Assembly (NCBI RefSeq): GCF_964355755.1
Contig: NC_092675.1
Location: forward strand, 13,263,812-13,327,811
DNA length: 64,000 bases
Reading direction: 5' to 3'
Source: Antedon mediterranea
Taxonomy: Eukaryota > Animalia > Echinodermata
Below, one piece after another: positions 12,000-25,971 of the stretch (position 1 is its first letter; each line of letters opens with the position of its first letter). A program made the position numbers and the translations under genes. The notes under the pieces were generated by a model. The model did no database searches and was not told the origin of the DNA. It saw nothing but the letters and a program-made list of their open reading frames with translations.

Positions 12000-14900
12000 A
12001 ACATAAAAACACGAAAGTGCTTAGAATAGCTTCAAATCGCATTTGGAAACGTTTTAGACCATTTTGTGATTTTCGAAAAAAAATTGTTAACATAAAAACA
12101 CCAAAGTGTTTAGAATAGCTTCAAATCGCATTTGGAGACGTTTTAGACCAATTTGTGATTTTCGAAAAAACTTATCAACATAAAAACACCAAAGGGTTTA
12201 GAATAGCTTCAAATCGCATTTGGAGACGTTTTAGACCATTTTGTGATTTTGAAAAAACTCGTTAACATAAAAACACCAAAGTGCTTAGAATAGCTTCAAA
12301 TCGCATTTGGAGACGTTTTAGACCATTTTGTGATTTTCGAAAAAACTTGTTAACATAAAAACACCAAAGTGCTTAGAATAGCTTCAAATCGTATTTGGAG
12401 ACGTTTTAGACCATTTTGAGATTTTCGAAAAAACTTGGTTACACAAAAACATCAAAGTGCTTAAAATCACATTATAAACCGTTTTAGACCATTTTGAGCA
12501 TTTCGGTAACACTTTTCACACAAAAACATCAAAGAGCACAAAATAGCTTAATATCGTATTTAAAAACGTTTTAGACCATTTTGAGCCTTTAGACAAAACT
12601 TTTTCACACAAAACACCAAAGTGCTTAGAATAGCTTCAAATCGCATTTGGAGACGTTTTAGACCATTTTGTGCATTTCGATGAAACTTGGTTACACAAAA
12701 ACATCAAAGTGCTTAAAATCACATTATAAATCGTTTTAGACCATTTTGAGCATTTCGACAAAACTTTTTCACACAAAATACCAAAGTGCTTAGAATAGCT
12801 TCAAATCGCATTTGGAGACGTTTTAGACCATTTTGTGATTTTCGAAAAAACTTTTTAACATAAAAACACCAAAGTGCTTAGAATAGCTTCAAATCACATT
12901 TGGAGACGTTTTAGACCATAAGTGCTTAGAATCACATTATAAACCGTTTTAGACCATTTTGAGCATTTCGATAACAATTTTCACACAAAAACATCAAAGA
13001 GCACAAAATAGCTTAATATCGTATTTAAAAATGTTTTAGACCATTTTGAGCATTTAGATAAAACTTTTTCACACAAAACACCAAAGTGCTTAGAATAGCT
13101 TCAAATCGCATTTGGAGACGTTTTAGACCATTTTGTGATTTTTGAAAAAACTTGTTAACATAAAAACACCAAAGTGCTTAGAATAGCTTCAAATCACATT
13201 TGGAGACGTTTTAGACCATTTTGTGATTTTCGAAAAAACTTGTTAACATAAAAACACGAAAGTGCTTAGAATAGCTTCAAATCGCATTTGGAAACGTTTT
13301 AGACCATTTAGTGATTTTCGAAAAAACTTGTTAACATAAAAACACGAAAGTGCTTAGAATAGCTTCAAATCGCATTTGGAAACGTTTTAGACCATTTTGT
13401 GATTTTCGAAAAAAATTGTTAACATAAAAACACCAAAGTGTTTAGAATAGCTTCAAATCGCATTTGGAGACGTTTTAGACCAATTTGTGATTTTCGAAAA
13501 AACTTATCAACATAAAAACACCAAAGGGTTTAGAATAGCTTCAAATCGCATTTGGAGACGTTTTAGACCATTTTGTGATTTTCGAAAAAACTTGTTAACA
13601 TAAAAACACGAAAGTGCTTAGAATAGCTTCAAATCGCATTTGGAAACGTTTTAGACCATTTTGTGATTTTCGAAAAAACTTGTTAACATAAAAACATGAA
13701 AGTGCTTAGAATAGCTTCAAATCGTATTTGGAGACGTTTTAGACCATTTTGTGATTTTCGAAAAAAACTGTTAACATAAAAACACCAAAGTGCTTAGAAT
13801 AGCTTCAAATCGCATTTGGAGATGTTTTAGAACATTTTGTGTTCTTCGAAAAAACCTGTTAACATAAAAACACCAAAGTGCTTAGAATAGCTTCAAATCG
13901 CATTTGGAGACGTTTTAGACCATTTTGTGATTTTTGAAAAAACTTGTTAACATAAAAACACCAAAGTGCTTAGAATAGCTTCAAATCACATTTGGAGACG
14001 TTTTAGACCATTTTGAGCATTTCGACAAAACTTTTTCACACAAAACACCAAAGTGCTTAGAATAGCTTCAAATCGCATTTGGAGACGTTTTAGACCAATT
14101 TGTGCATTTCGATGAAACTTGATTACACAAAAACATCAAAGTGCTTAAAATCACATTATAAACCGTTTTAGACCATTTTGAGCATTTCGATAACACTTTT
14201 CACACAAAAACATCAAAGAGCACAAAATAGCTTAATATCGTATTTAAAAACGTTTTAGACCATTTTGAGCATTTAGACAAAACTTTTTCACACAAAACAC
14301 CAAAGTGCTTAGAATAGCTTCAAATCGCATTTGGAGACGTTTTAGACCATTTTGTGCATTTCGATGAAACTTGGTTACACAAAAACCTCAAAGTGCTTAA
14401 AATCACATTATAAATCGTTTTAGACCATTTTGAGCATTTCGACAAAACTTTTTCACACAAAATACCAAAGTGCTTAGAATAGCTTCAAATCGCATTTGGA
14501 GACGTTTTAGACCATTTTGTGATTTTCGAAAAAACTTTTTAACATAAAAACACCAAAGTGCTTAGAATAGCTTCAAATCACATTTGGAGACATTTTAGAC
14601 CATTTTGTGATTTTCGAAAAAACTTGTTAACATAAAAACACGAAGTGCTTAGAATAGCTTCAAATCGCATTTGGAAACGTTTTAGACCATTTTGTGATTT
14701 TCGAAAAAAATTGTTAACATAAAAACACCAAAGTGCTTAGAATCACATTATAAACCGTTTTAGACCATTTTGAGCATTTCGATAACAATTTTCACACAAA
14801 AACATCAAAGAGCACAAAATAGCTTAATATCGTATTTAAAAATGTTTTAGACCATTTTGAGCATTTAGATAAAACTTTTTCACACAAAACACCAAAGTGC

Positions 14901-17900
14901 TTAGAATAGCTTCAAATCGCATTTGGAGACGTTTTAGACCATTTTGTGATTTTTGAAAAAACTTGTTAACATAAAAACACCAAAGTGCTTAGAATAGCTT
15001 CAAATCACATTTGGAGACGTTTTAGACCATTTTGTGATTTTCGAAAAAACTTGTTAACATAAAAACACGAAAGTGCTTAGAATAGCTTCAAATCGCATTT
15101 GGAAACGTTTTAGACCATTTTGTGATTTTCGAAAAAACTTGTTAACATAAAAACACGAAAGTGCTTAGAATAGCTTCAAATCGCATTTGGAAACGTTTTA
15201 GACCATTTTGTGATTTTCGAAAAAACTTGTTAACATAAAAACACGAAAGTGCTTAGAATAGCTTCAAATCGCATTTGGAAACGTATTAGACCATTTTGTG
15301 ATTTTCGAAAAAAAATTGTTAACATAAAAACACCAAAGTGTTTAGAATAGCTTCAAATCGCATTTGGAGACGTTTTAGACCAATTTGTGATTTTCGAAAA
15401 AACTTATCAACATAAAAACACCAAAGGGTTTAGAATAGCTTCAAATCGCATTTGGAGACGTTTTAGACCATTTTGTGATTTTGAAAAAACTTGTTAACAT
15501 AAAAACACCAAAGTGCTTAGAATAGCTTCAAATCGCATTTGGAGACGTTTTAGACCATTTTGTGATTTTCGAAAAAACTTGTTAACATAAAAACACCAAA
15601 GTGCTTAGAATAGCTTCAAATCGTATTTGGAGACGTTTTAGACCATTTTGAGATTTTCGAAAAAACTTGGTTACACAAAAACATCAAAGTGCTTAAAATC
15701 ACATTATAAACCGTTTTAGACCATTTTGAGCATTTCGGTAACACTTTTCACACAAAAACATCAAAGAGCACAAAATAGCTTAATATCGTATTTAAAAACG
15801 TTTTAGACCATTTTGAGCCTTTAGACAAAACTTTTTCACACAAAACACCAAAGTGCTTAGAATAGCTTCAAATCGCATTTGGAGACGTTTTAGACCATTT
15901 TGTGCATTTCGATGAAACTTGGTTACACAAAAACATCAAAGTGCTTAAAATCACATTATAAATCGTTTTAGACCATTTTGAGCATTTCGACAAAACTTTT
16001 TCACACAAAATACCAAAGTGCTTAGAATAGCTTCAAATCGCATTTGGAGACGTTTTAGACCATTTTGTGATTTTCGAAAAAACTTTTTAACATAAAAACA
16101 CCAAAGTGCTTAGAATAGCTTCAAATCACATTTGGAGACGTTTTAGACCATAAGTGCTTAGAATCACATTATAAACCGTTTTAGACCATTTTGAGCATTT
16201 CGATAACAATTTTCACACAAAAACATCAAAGAGCACAAAATAGCTTAATATCGTATTTAAAAATGTTTTAGACCATTTTGAGCATTTAGATAAAACTTTT
16301 TCACACAAAACACCAAAGTGCTTAGAATAGCTTCAAATCGCATTTGGAGACGTTTTAGACCATTTTGTGATTTTTGAAAAAACTTGTTAACATAAAAACA
16401 CCAAAGTGCTTAGAATAGCTTCAAATCACATTTGGAGACGTTTTAGACCATTTTGTGATTTTCGAAAAAACTTGTTAACATAAAAACACGAAAGTGCTTA
16501 GAATAGCTTCAAATCGCATTTGGAAACGTTTTAGACCATTTAGTGATTTTCGAAAAAACTTGTTAACATAAAAACACGAAAGTGCTTAGAATAGCTTCAA
16601 ATCGCATTTGGAAACGTTTTAGACCATTTTGTGATTTTCGAAAAAAATTGTTAACATAAAAACACCAAAGTGTTTAGAATAGCTTCAAATCGCATTTGGA
16701 GACGTTTTAGACCAATTTGTGATTTTCGAAAAAACTTATCAACATAAAAACACCAAAGGGTTTAGAATAGCTTCAAATCGCATTTGGAGACGTTTTAGAC
16801 CATTTTGTGATTTTCGAAAAAACTTGTTAACATAAAAACACGAAAGTGCTTAGAATAGCTTCAAATCGCATTTGGAAACGTTTTAGACCATTTTGTGATT
16901 TTCGAAAAAACTTGTTAACATAAAAACATGAAAGTGCTTAGAATAGCTTCAAATCGTATTTGGAGACGTTTTAGACCATTTTGTGATTTTCGAAAAAACT
17001 TGTTAACATAAAAACACCAATGTGCTTAGAATAGCTTCAAATCGCATTTTGAGACGTTTTAGACCATTTTGTGCATTTCGATGAAACTTGGTTACACAAA
17101 AACATCAAAGTGCTTAAAATCACATTATAAACCATTTTAGACCATTTTGAGCATTTCGATAACACTTTTCACACAAAAACATCAAAGAGCACAAAATAGC
17201 TTAATATCGTATTTAAAAACGTTTTAGACCATTTTGAGCATTTCGACAAAACTTTTTCACACAAAACACCAAAGTGCTTAGAATAGCTTCAAATCGCATT
17301 TGGAGACGTTTTAGACCATTTTGTGATTTTCGAAAAAACTTGTTAACATAAAAACATCAAAGTGTACAGAATAACTTCAAATCGCATTTGGAGACCGTTT
17401 TAGGCCAATTTGTGATTTTCGAAAAAACTTGTTAACCTAAAAATACCAAAGTGTTTAGAATAGCTTCAAATCGCATTTGGAGACGTTTTAGAACATTTTG
17501 TGATTTTCGAAAAAACTTGTTAACATAAAAACACCAAAGTGCTTAGAATAGCTTCAAATCGTATTTGGAGACGTTTTAGACCATTTTGAGATTTTCGAAA
17601 AAACTTGGTTACACAAAAACATCAAAGTGCTTAAAATCACATTATAAACCGTTTTAGACCATTTTGAGAATTTCGATAACACTTTTCACACAAAAACATC
17701 AAAGAGCACAAAATAGCTTAATATCGTATTTAAAAACGTTTTAGACCATTTTGAGCATTTCGACAAAACTTTTTCACACAAAACACCAAAGTGCTTAGAA
17801 TAGCTTCAAATCGCATTTGGAGACGTTTTAGACCAATTTGTGCATTTCGATGAAACTTGATTACACAAAAACATCAAAGTGCTTAAAATCACATTATAAA

Positions 17901-20280
17901 CCGTTTTAGACCATTTTGAGCATTTCGATAACACTTTTCACACAAAAACATCAAAGAGCACAAAATAGCTTAATATCGTATTTAAAAACGTTTTAGACCA
18001 TTTTGAGCATTTAGACAAAACTTTTTCACACAAAACACCAAAGTGCTTAGAATAGCTTCAAATCGCATTTGGAGACGTTTTAGACCATTTTGTGCATTTC
18101 GATGAAACTTGGTTACACAAAAACATCAAAGTGCTTAAAATCACATTATAAATCGTTTTAGACCATTTTGAGCATTTCGACAAAACTTTTTCACACAAAA
18201 TACCAAAGTGCTTAGAATAGCTTCAAATCGCATTTGGAGACGTTTTAGACCATTTTGTGATTTTCGAAAAAACTTTTTAACATAAAAACACCAAAGTGCT
18301 TAGAATAGCTTCAAATCACATTTGGAGACATTTTAGACCATTTTGTGATTTTCGAAAAAACTTGTTAACATAAAAACACGAAGTGCTTAGAATAGCTTCA
18401 AATCGCATTTGGAAACGTTTTAGACCATTTTGTGATTTTCGAAAAAAATTGTTAACATAAAAACACCAAAGTGCTTAGAATCACATTATAAACCGTTTTA
18501 GACCATTTTGAGCATTTCGATAACAATTTTCACACAAAAACATCAAAGAGCACAAAATAGCTTAATATCGTATTTAAAAATGTTTTAGACCATTTTGAGC
18601 ATTTAGATAAAACTTTTTCACACAAAACACCAACGTGCTTAGAATAGCTTCAAATCGCATTTGGAGACGTTTTAGACCATTTTGTGATTTTTGAAAAAAC
18701 TTGTTAACATAAAAACACCAAAGTGCTTAGAATAGCTTCAAATCGCATTTGGAAACGTTTTAGACCATTTTGTGATTTTCGAAAAAACTTGTTAACATAA
18801 AAACATGAAAGTGCTTAGAATAGCTTCAAATCGTATTTGGAGACGTTTTAGACCATTTTGTGATTTTCGAAAAAACTTGTTAACATAAAAACACCAATGT
18901 GCTTAGAATAGCTTCAAATCGCATTTGGAGACGGTTTAGACCATTTTGTGATTTTGAAAAAACTTGTTAACATAAAAACACCAAAGTGCTTAGAATAGCT
19001 TCAAATCGCATTTGGAGACGTTTTAGACCATTTTGTGATTTTCGAAAAAACTTGTTAACATAAAAACACCAAAGTGCTTAGAATAGCTTCAAATCGTATT
19101 TGGAGACGTTTTAGACCATTTTGAGATTTTCGAAAAAACTTGGTTACACAAAAACATCAAAGTGCTTAAAATCACATTATAAACCGTTTTAGACCATTTT
19201 GAGCATTTCGGTAACACTTTTCACACAAAAACATCAAAGAGCACAAAATAGCTTAATATCGTATTTAAAAACGTTTTAGACCATTTTGAGCCTTTAGACA
19301 AAACTTTTTCACACAAAACACCAAAGTGCTTAGAATAGCTTCAAATCGCATTTGGAGACGTTTTAGACCATTTTGTGCATTTCGATGAAACTTGGTTACA
19401 CAAAAACATCAAAGTGCTTAAAATCACATTATAAATCGTTTTAGACCATTTTGAGCATTTCGACAAAACTTTTTCACACAAAATACCAAAGTGCTTAGAA
19501 TAGCTTCAAATCGCATTTGGAGACGTTTTAGACCATTTTGTGATTTTCGAAAAAACTTTTTAACATAAAAACACCAAAGTGCTTAGAATAGCTTCAAATC
19601 ACATTTGGAGACGTTTTAGACCATAAGTGCTTAGAATCACATTATAAACCGTTTTAGACCATTTTGAGCATTTCGATAACAATTTTCACACAAAAACATC
19701 AAAGAGCACAAAATAGCTTAATATCGTATTTAAAAATGTTTTAGACCATTTTGAGCATTTAGATAAAACTTTTTCACACAAAACACCAAAGGGTTTAGAA
19801 TAGCTTCAAATCGCATTTGGAGACGTTTTAGACCATTTTGTGATTTTTGAAAAAACTTGTTAACATAAAAACACCAAAGTGCTTAGAATAGCTTCAAATC
19901 ACATTTGGAGACGTTTTAGACCATTTTGTGATTTTCGAAAAAACTTGTTAACATAAAAACACGAAAGTGCTTAGAATAGCTTCAAATCGCATTTGGAAAC
20001 GTTTTAGACCATTTAGTGATTTTCGAAAAAACTTGTTAACATAAAAACACGAAAGTGCTTAGAATAGCTTCAAATCGCATTTGGAAACGTTTTAGACCAT
20101 TTTGTGATTTTCGAAAAAAATTGTTAACATAAAAACACCAAAGTGTTTAGAATAGCTTCAAATCGCATTTGGAGACGTTTTAGACCAATTTGTGATTTTC
20201 GAAAAAACTTATCAACATAAAAACACCAAAGGGTTTAGAATAGCTTCAAATCGCATTTGGAGACGTTTTAGACCATTTTG
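12000..20280 (+). repeat. Three copies of a ~1.3-1.7-kb haplotype block spaced 3232 and 3473 bp apart
   Basis: Linked markers CGGTAAC, GAGCCTTTA, CATAAG (12917/16149/19622) and AGACCATTTAGTG (13301/16533/20006) give matching offsets. Confidence 0.87.
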
Positions 20281-23200
20281 AGATTTTCGAAAAAACTTGG
20301 TTACACAAAAACATCAAAGTGCTTAAAATCACATTATAAACCGTTTTAGACCATTTTGAACATTTCGATAACACTTTTCACACAAAAACATCAAAGAGCA
20401 CAAAATAGCTTAATATCGTATTTAAAAACGTTTTAGACCATTTTGAGCATTTCGACAAAACTTTTTCACACAAAACACCAAAGTGCTTAGAATAGCTTCA
20501 AATCGCATTTGGAGAAGTTTTAGACCAATTTGTGCATTTCGATGAAACTTGATTACACAAAAACATCAACGTGCTTAAAATCACATTATAAACCGTTTTA
20601 GACCATTTTGAGCATTTCGATAACACTTTTCACACAAAAACATCAAAGAGCACAAAATAGCTTAATATCGTATTTAAAAACGTTTTAGACCATTTTGAGC
20701 ATTTAGACAAAACTTTTTCACACAAAACACCAAAGTGCTTAGAATAGCTTCAAATCGCATTTGGAGACGTTTTAGACCATTTTGTGCATTTCGATGAAGC
20801 TTGGTTACACAAAAACATCAAAGTGCTTAAAATCACATTATAAATCGTTTTAGACCATTTTGAGCATTTCGACAAAACTTTTTCACACAAAATACCAAAG
20901 GGCTTAGAATAGCTTCAAATCGCATTTGGAGACGTTTTAGACCATTTTGTGATTTTCGAAAAAACTTTTTAACATAAAAACACCAAAGTGCTTAGAATAG
21001 CTTCAAATCACATTTGGAGACGTTTTAGACCATTTTGTGATTTTCGAAAAAACTTGTTAACATAAAAACACGAAAGTGCTTAGAATAGCTTCAAATCGCA
21101 TTTGGAAACGTTTTAGACCATTTTGTGATTTTCAAAAAAAATTGTTAACATAAAAACACCAAAGTGCTTAGAATCACATTATAAACCGTTTTAGACCATT
21201 TTGAGCATTTCGATAACAATTTTTACACAAAAACATCAAAGAGCACAAAATAGCTTAATATCGTATTTAAAAATGTTTTAGACCATTTTGAGCATTTAGA
21301 TAAAACTTTTTCACACAAAACACCAAAGTGCTTAGAATAGCTTCAAATCGCATTTGGAGACGTTTTAGACCATTTTGTGATTTTTGAAAAAACTTGTTAA
21401 CATAAAAACACCAAAGTGTTAGAATAGCTTCAAATCACATTTGGAGACGTTTTAGACTATTTTGTGATTTTCGAAAAAACTTGTTAACATAAAAACACCA
21501 AAGTGCTTAGAATAGCTTAAAATCGTATTTGGAGACGTTTTAGACCATTTTGAGATTTTCGAAAAAACTTGGTTACACAAAAACATCAAAGTGCTTAAAA
21601 TCACATTATAAACCGTTTTAGACCAGTTTGAGAATTTCGATAACACTTTTCACACAAAAACATCAAAGAGCACAAAATAGCTTAATATCGTATTTAAAAA
21701 CGTTTTAGACCATTTTGAGCATTTCGACAAAACTTTTTCACACAAAACACCAAAGTGCTTAGAATAGCTTCAAATCGCATTTGGAGACGTTTTAGACCAA
21801 TTTGTGCATTTCGATGAAACTTGATTACACAAAAACATCAAAGTTCTTAAAATCACATTATAAACCGTTTTAGACCATTTTGAGCATTTCGATAACACTT
21901 TTCACACAAAAACATCAAAGAGCACAAAATAGCTTAATATCGTATTTAAAAACATTTTAGACCATTTTGAGCATTTAGACAAAACTTTTTCACACAAAAC
22001 ACCAAAGTGCTTAGAATAGCTTCAAATCGCATTTGGAGACGTTTTAGACCATTTTGTGCATTTCGATGAAACTTGGTTACACAAAAACATCAAAGTGCTT
22101 AAAATCACATTATAAATCGTTTTAGACCATTTTGAGCATTTCGACAAAACTTTTTCACACAAAATACCAAAGTGCTTAGAATAGCTTCAAATCGCATTTG
22201 GAGACGTTTTAGACCATTTTGTGATTTTCGAAAAAACTTTTTTACATAAAAACACCAAAGTGCTTAGAATAGCTTCAAATCACATTTGGAGACATTTTAG
22301 ACCATAAGTGCTTAGAATCACAATATAAACCGTTTTAGACCATTTTGAGCATTTCGATAACAATTTTCACACAAAAACATCAAAGAGCACAAAATAGCTT
22401 AATATCGTATTTAAAAATGTTTTAGACCATTTTGAGCATTTAGATAAAACTTTTTCACACAAAACACCAAAGTGCTTAGAATAGCTTCAAATCGCATTTG
22501 GAGACGGTTTAGACCATTTTGTGATTTTGAAAAAACTTGTTAACATAAAAACACCAAAGTGCTTAGAATAGCTTCAAATCGCATTTGGAGACGTTTTAGA
22601 CCATTTTGTGATTTTCGAAAAAACTTGTTAACATAAAAACACCAAAGTGCTTAGAATAGCTTCAAATCGTATTTGGAGACGTTTTAGACCATTTTGAGAT
22701 TTTCGAAAAAACTTGGTTACACAAAAACATCAAAGTGCTTAAAATCACATTATAAACCGTTTTAGACCATTTTGAACATTTCGATAACACTTTTCACACA
22801 AAAACATCAAAGAGCACAAAATAGCTTAATATCGTATTTAAAAACGTTTTAGACCATTTTGAGCATTTCGACAAAACTTTTTCACACAAAACACCAAAGT
22901 GCTTAGAATAGCTTCAAATCGCATTTGGAGACGTTTTAGACCAATTTGTGCATTTCGATGAAACTTGATTACACAAAAACATCAACGTGCTTAAAATCAC
23001 ATTATAAACCGTTTTAGACCATTTTGAGCATTTCGATAACACTTTTCACACAAAAACATCAAAGAGCACAAAATAGCTTAATATCGTATTTAAAAACGTT
23101 TTAGACCATTTTGAGCATTTAGACAAAACTTTTTCACACAAAACACCAAAGTGCTTAGAATAGCTTCAAATCGCATTTGGAGACGTTTTAGACCATTTTG

Positions 23201-24742
23201 TGCATTTCGATGAAGCTTGGTTACACAAAAACATCAAAGTGCTTAAAATCACATTATAAATCGTTTTAGACCATTTGGAGCATTTCGACAAAACTTTTTC
23301 ACACAAAATACCAAAGGGCTTAGAATAGCTTCAAATCGCATTTGGAGACGTTTTAGACCATTTTGTGATTTTCGAAAAAACTTTTTAACATAAAAAGACC
23401 AAAGTGCTTAGAATAGCTTCAAATCACATTTGGAGACGTTTTAGACCATTTTGTGATTTTCGAAAAAACTTGTTAACATAAAAACACGAAAGTGCTTAGA
23501 ATAGCTTCAAATCGCATTTGGAAACGTTTTAGACCATTTTGTGATTTTCGAAAAAAATTGTTAACATAAAAACACCAAAGTGCTTAGAATCACATTATAA
23601 ACCGTTTTAGACCATTTTGAGCATTTCGATAACAATTTTCACACAAAAACATCAAAGAGCACAAAATAGCTTAATATCGTATTTAAAAATGTTTTAGACC
23701 ATTTTGAGCATTTAGATAAAACTTTTTCACACAAAACACCAAAGTGCTTAGAATAGCTTCAAATCGCATTTGAAGACGTTTTAGACCATTTTGTGATTTT
23801 TGAAAAAACTTGTTAACATAAAAACACCAAAGGGTTAGAATAGCTTCAAATCACATTTGGAGACGTTTCAGACCATTTTGTGATTTTCGAAAAAACTTGT
23901 TAACATAAAAACACGAAAGTGCTTAGAATAGCTTCAAATCGAATTTGGAAACGTTTTAGACCATTTTGTGATTTTCGAAAAAACTTGTTAACATAAAAAC
24001 ACGAAAGTGCTTAGAATAGCTTCAAATCGCATTTGGAAACGTTTTAGACCATTTTGTGATTTTCGAAAAAAATTGTTAACATAAAAACACCAAAGTGTTT
24101 AGAATAGCTTCAAATCGCATTTGGAGACGTTTTAGACCAATTTGTGATTTTCGAAAAAACTTATCAACATAAAAACACCAAATCGCATTTGGAGACGTTT
24201 TAGACCATTTTGTGATTTTGAAAAAACTTGTTAACATAAAAACACCAAAGTGCTTAAAATCACATTATAAATCGTTTTAGACCATTTTGAGCATTTCGAC
24301 AAAACTTTTTCACACAAAATACCAAAGGGCTTCAAATCGCATTTGGAGACGTTTTAGACCATTTTGTGATTTTCGAAAAAACTTTTTAACATAAAAACAC
24401 CAAAGTGCTTAGAATAGCTTCAAATCACATTTGGAGACGTTTTAGACCATTTTGTGATTTTCGAAAAAACTTGTTAACATAAAAACACGAAAGTGCTTAG
24501 AATAGCTTCAAATCGCATTTAGAAACGTTTTAGACCATTTTGTGATTTTCGAAAAAAAATTGTTAACATAAAAACACCAAAGTGCTTAGAATCACATTAT
24601 AAACCGTTTTAGACCATTTTGAGCATTTCGATAACAATTTTCACACAAAAACATCAAAGAGCACAAAATAGCTTAATATCGTATTTAAAAATGTTTTAGA
24701 CCATTTTGAGCAATTAGATAAAACTTTTTCACACAAAACACC

Positions 24743-25971
24743 AAAGTGCTTAGAATAGCTTCAAATCGCATTTGGAGACGTTTTAGACCATTTTGTGATT
24801 TTTGAAAAAACTTGTTAACATAAAAACGCCAAAGTGCTTAGAATAGCTTCAAATCACATTTGGAGACGTTTTAGACCATTTTGTGATTTTCGAAAAAACT
24901 TGTTAACATAAAAACACGAAAGTGCTTAGAATAGCTTCAAATCGCATTTGGAAACGTTTTAGACCATTTTGTGATTTTCGAAAAAACTTGTTAACATAAA
25001 AACACGAAAGTGCTTAGAATAGCTTCAAATCGCATTTGGAAACGTTTTAGACCATTTTGTGATTTTCGAAAAAACTTGTTAACATAAAAACACGAAAGTG
25101 CTTAGAATAGCTTCAAATCGCATTTGGAAACGTTTTAGACCATTTTGTGATTTTCGAAAAAACTTGTTAACATAAAAACACGAAAGTGCTTAGAATAGCT
25201 TCAAATCGCATTTGGAAACGTTTTAGACCATTTTGTGATTTTCGAAAAAAATTGTTAACATAAAAACACCAAAGTGTTTAGAATAGCTTCAAATCGCATT
25301 TGGAGACGTTTTAGACCAATTTGTGATTTTCGAAAAAACTTATCAACATAAAAACACCAAAGGGTTTAGAATAGCTTCAAATCGCATTTGGAGACGTTTT
25401 AGACCATTTTGTGATTTTGAAAAAACTTGTTAACATAAAAACACCAAAGTGCTTAGAATAGCTTCAAATCGCATTTGGAGACGTTTTAGACCATTTTGTG
25501 ATTTTCGAAAAAACTTGTTAACATAAAAACACGAAAGTGCTTAGAATAGCTTCAAATCGCATTTGGAAACGTTTTAGACCATTTTGTGATTTTCGAAAAA
25601 ACTTGTTAACATAAAAACACGAAAGTGCTTAGAATAGCTTCAAATCGCATTTGGAAACGTTTTAGACCATTTTGTGATTTTCGAAAAAACTTGTTAACAT
25701 AAAAACACGAAAGTGCTTAGAATAGCTTCAAATCGCATTTGGAGACGTTTTAGACCAATTTGTGATTTTCGAAAAAACTTATCAACATAAAAACACCAAA
25801 GGGTTTAGAATAGCTTCAAATCGCATTTGGAGACGTTTTAGACCATTTTGTGATTTTGAAAAAACTTGTTAACATAAAAACACCAAAGGGTTTAGAATAG
25901 CTTCAAATCGCATTTGGAGACGTTTTAGACCATTTTGTGATTTTGAAAAAACTTGTTAACATAAAAACACG
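24743..25971 (+). repeat. Run of 14 consecutive A-type monomers
   Basis: 1229 bp = 11x88 + 3x87 with no B/C/D. Includes several identical CACGAAAG...GGAAACG monomers. Confidence 0.88.

Noticed and set aside
21452-21646. 64-aa ORF (-)
   Set aside because: Antisense translation of B/A monomers; chance absence of stops.
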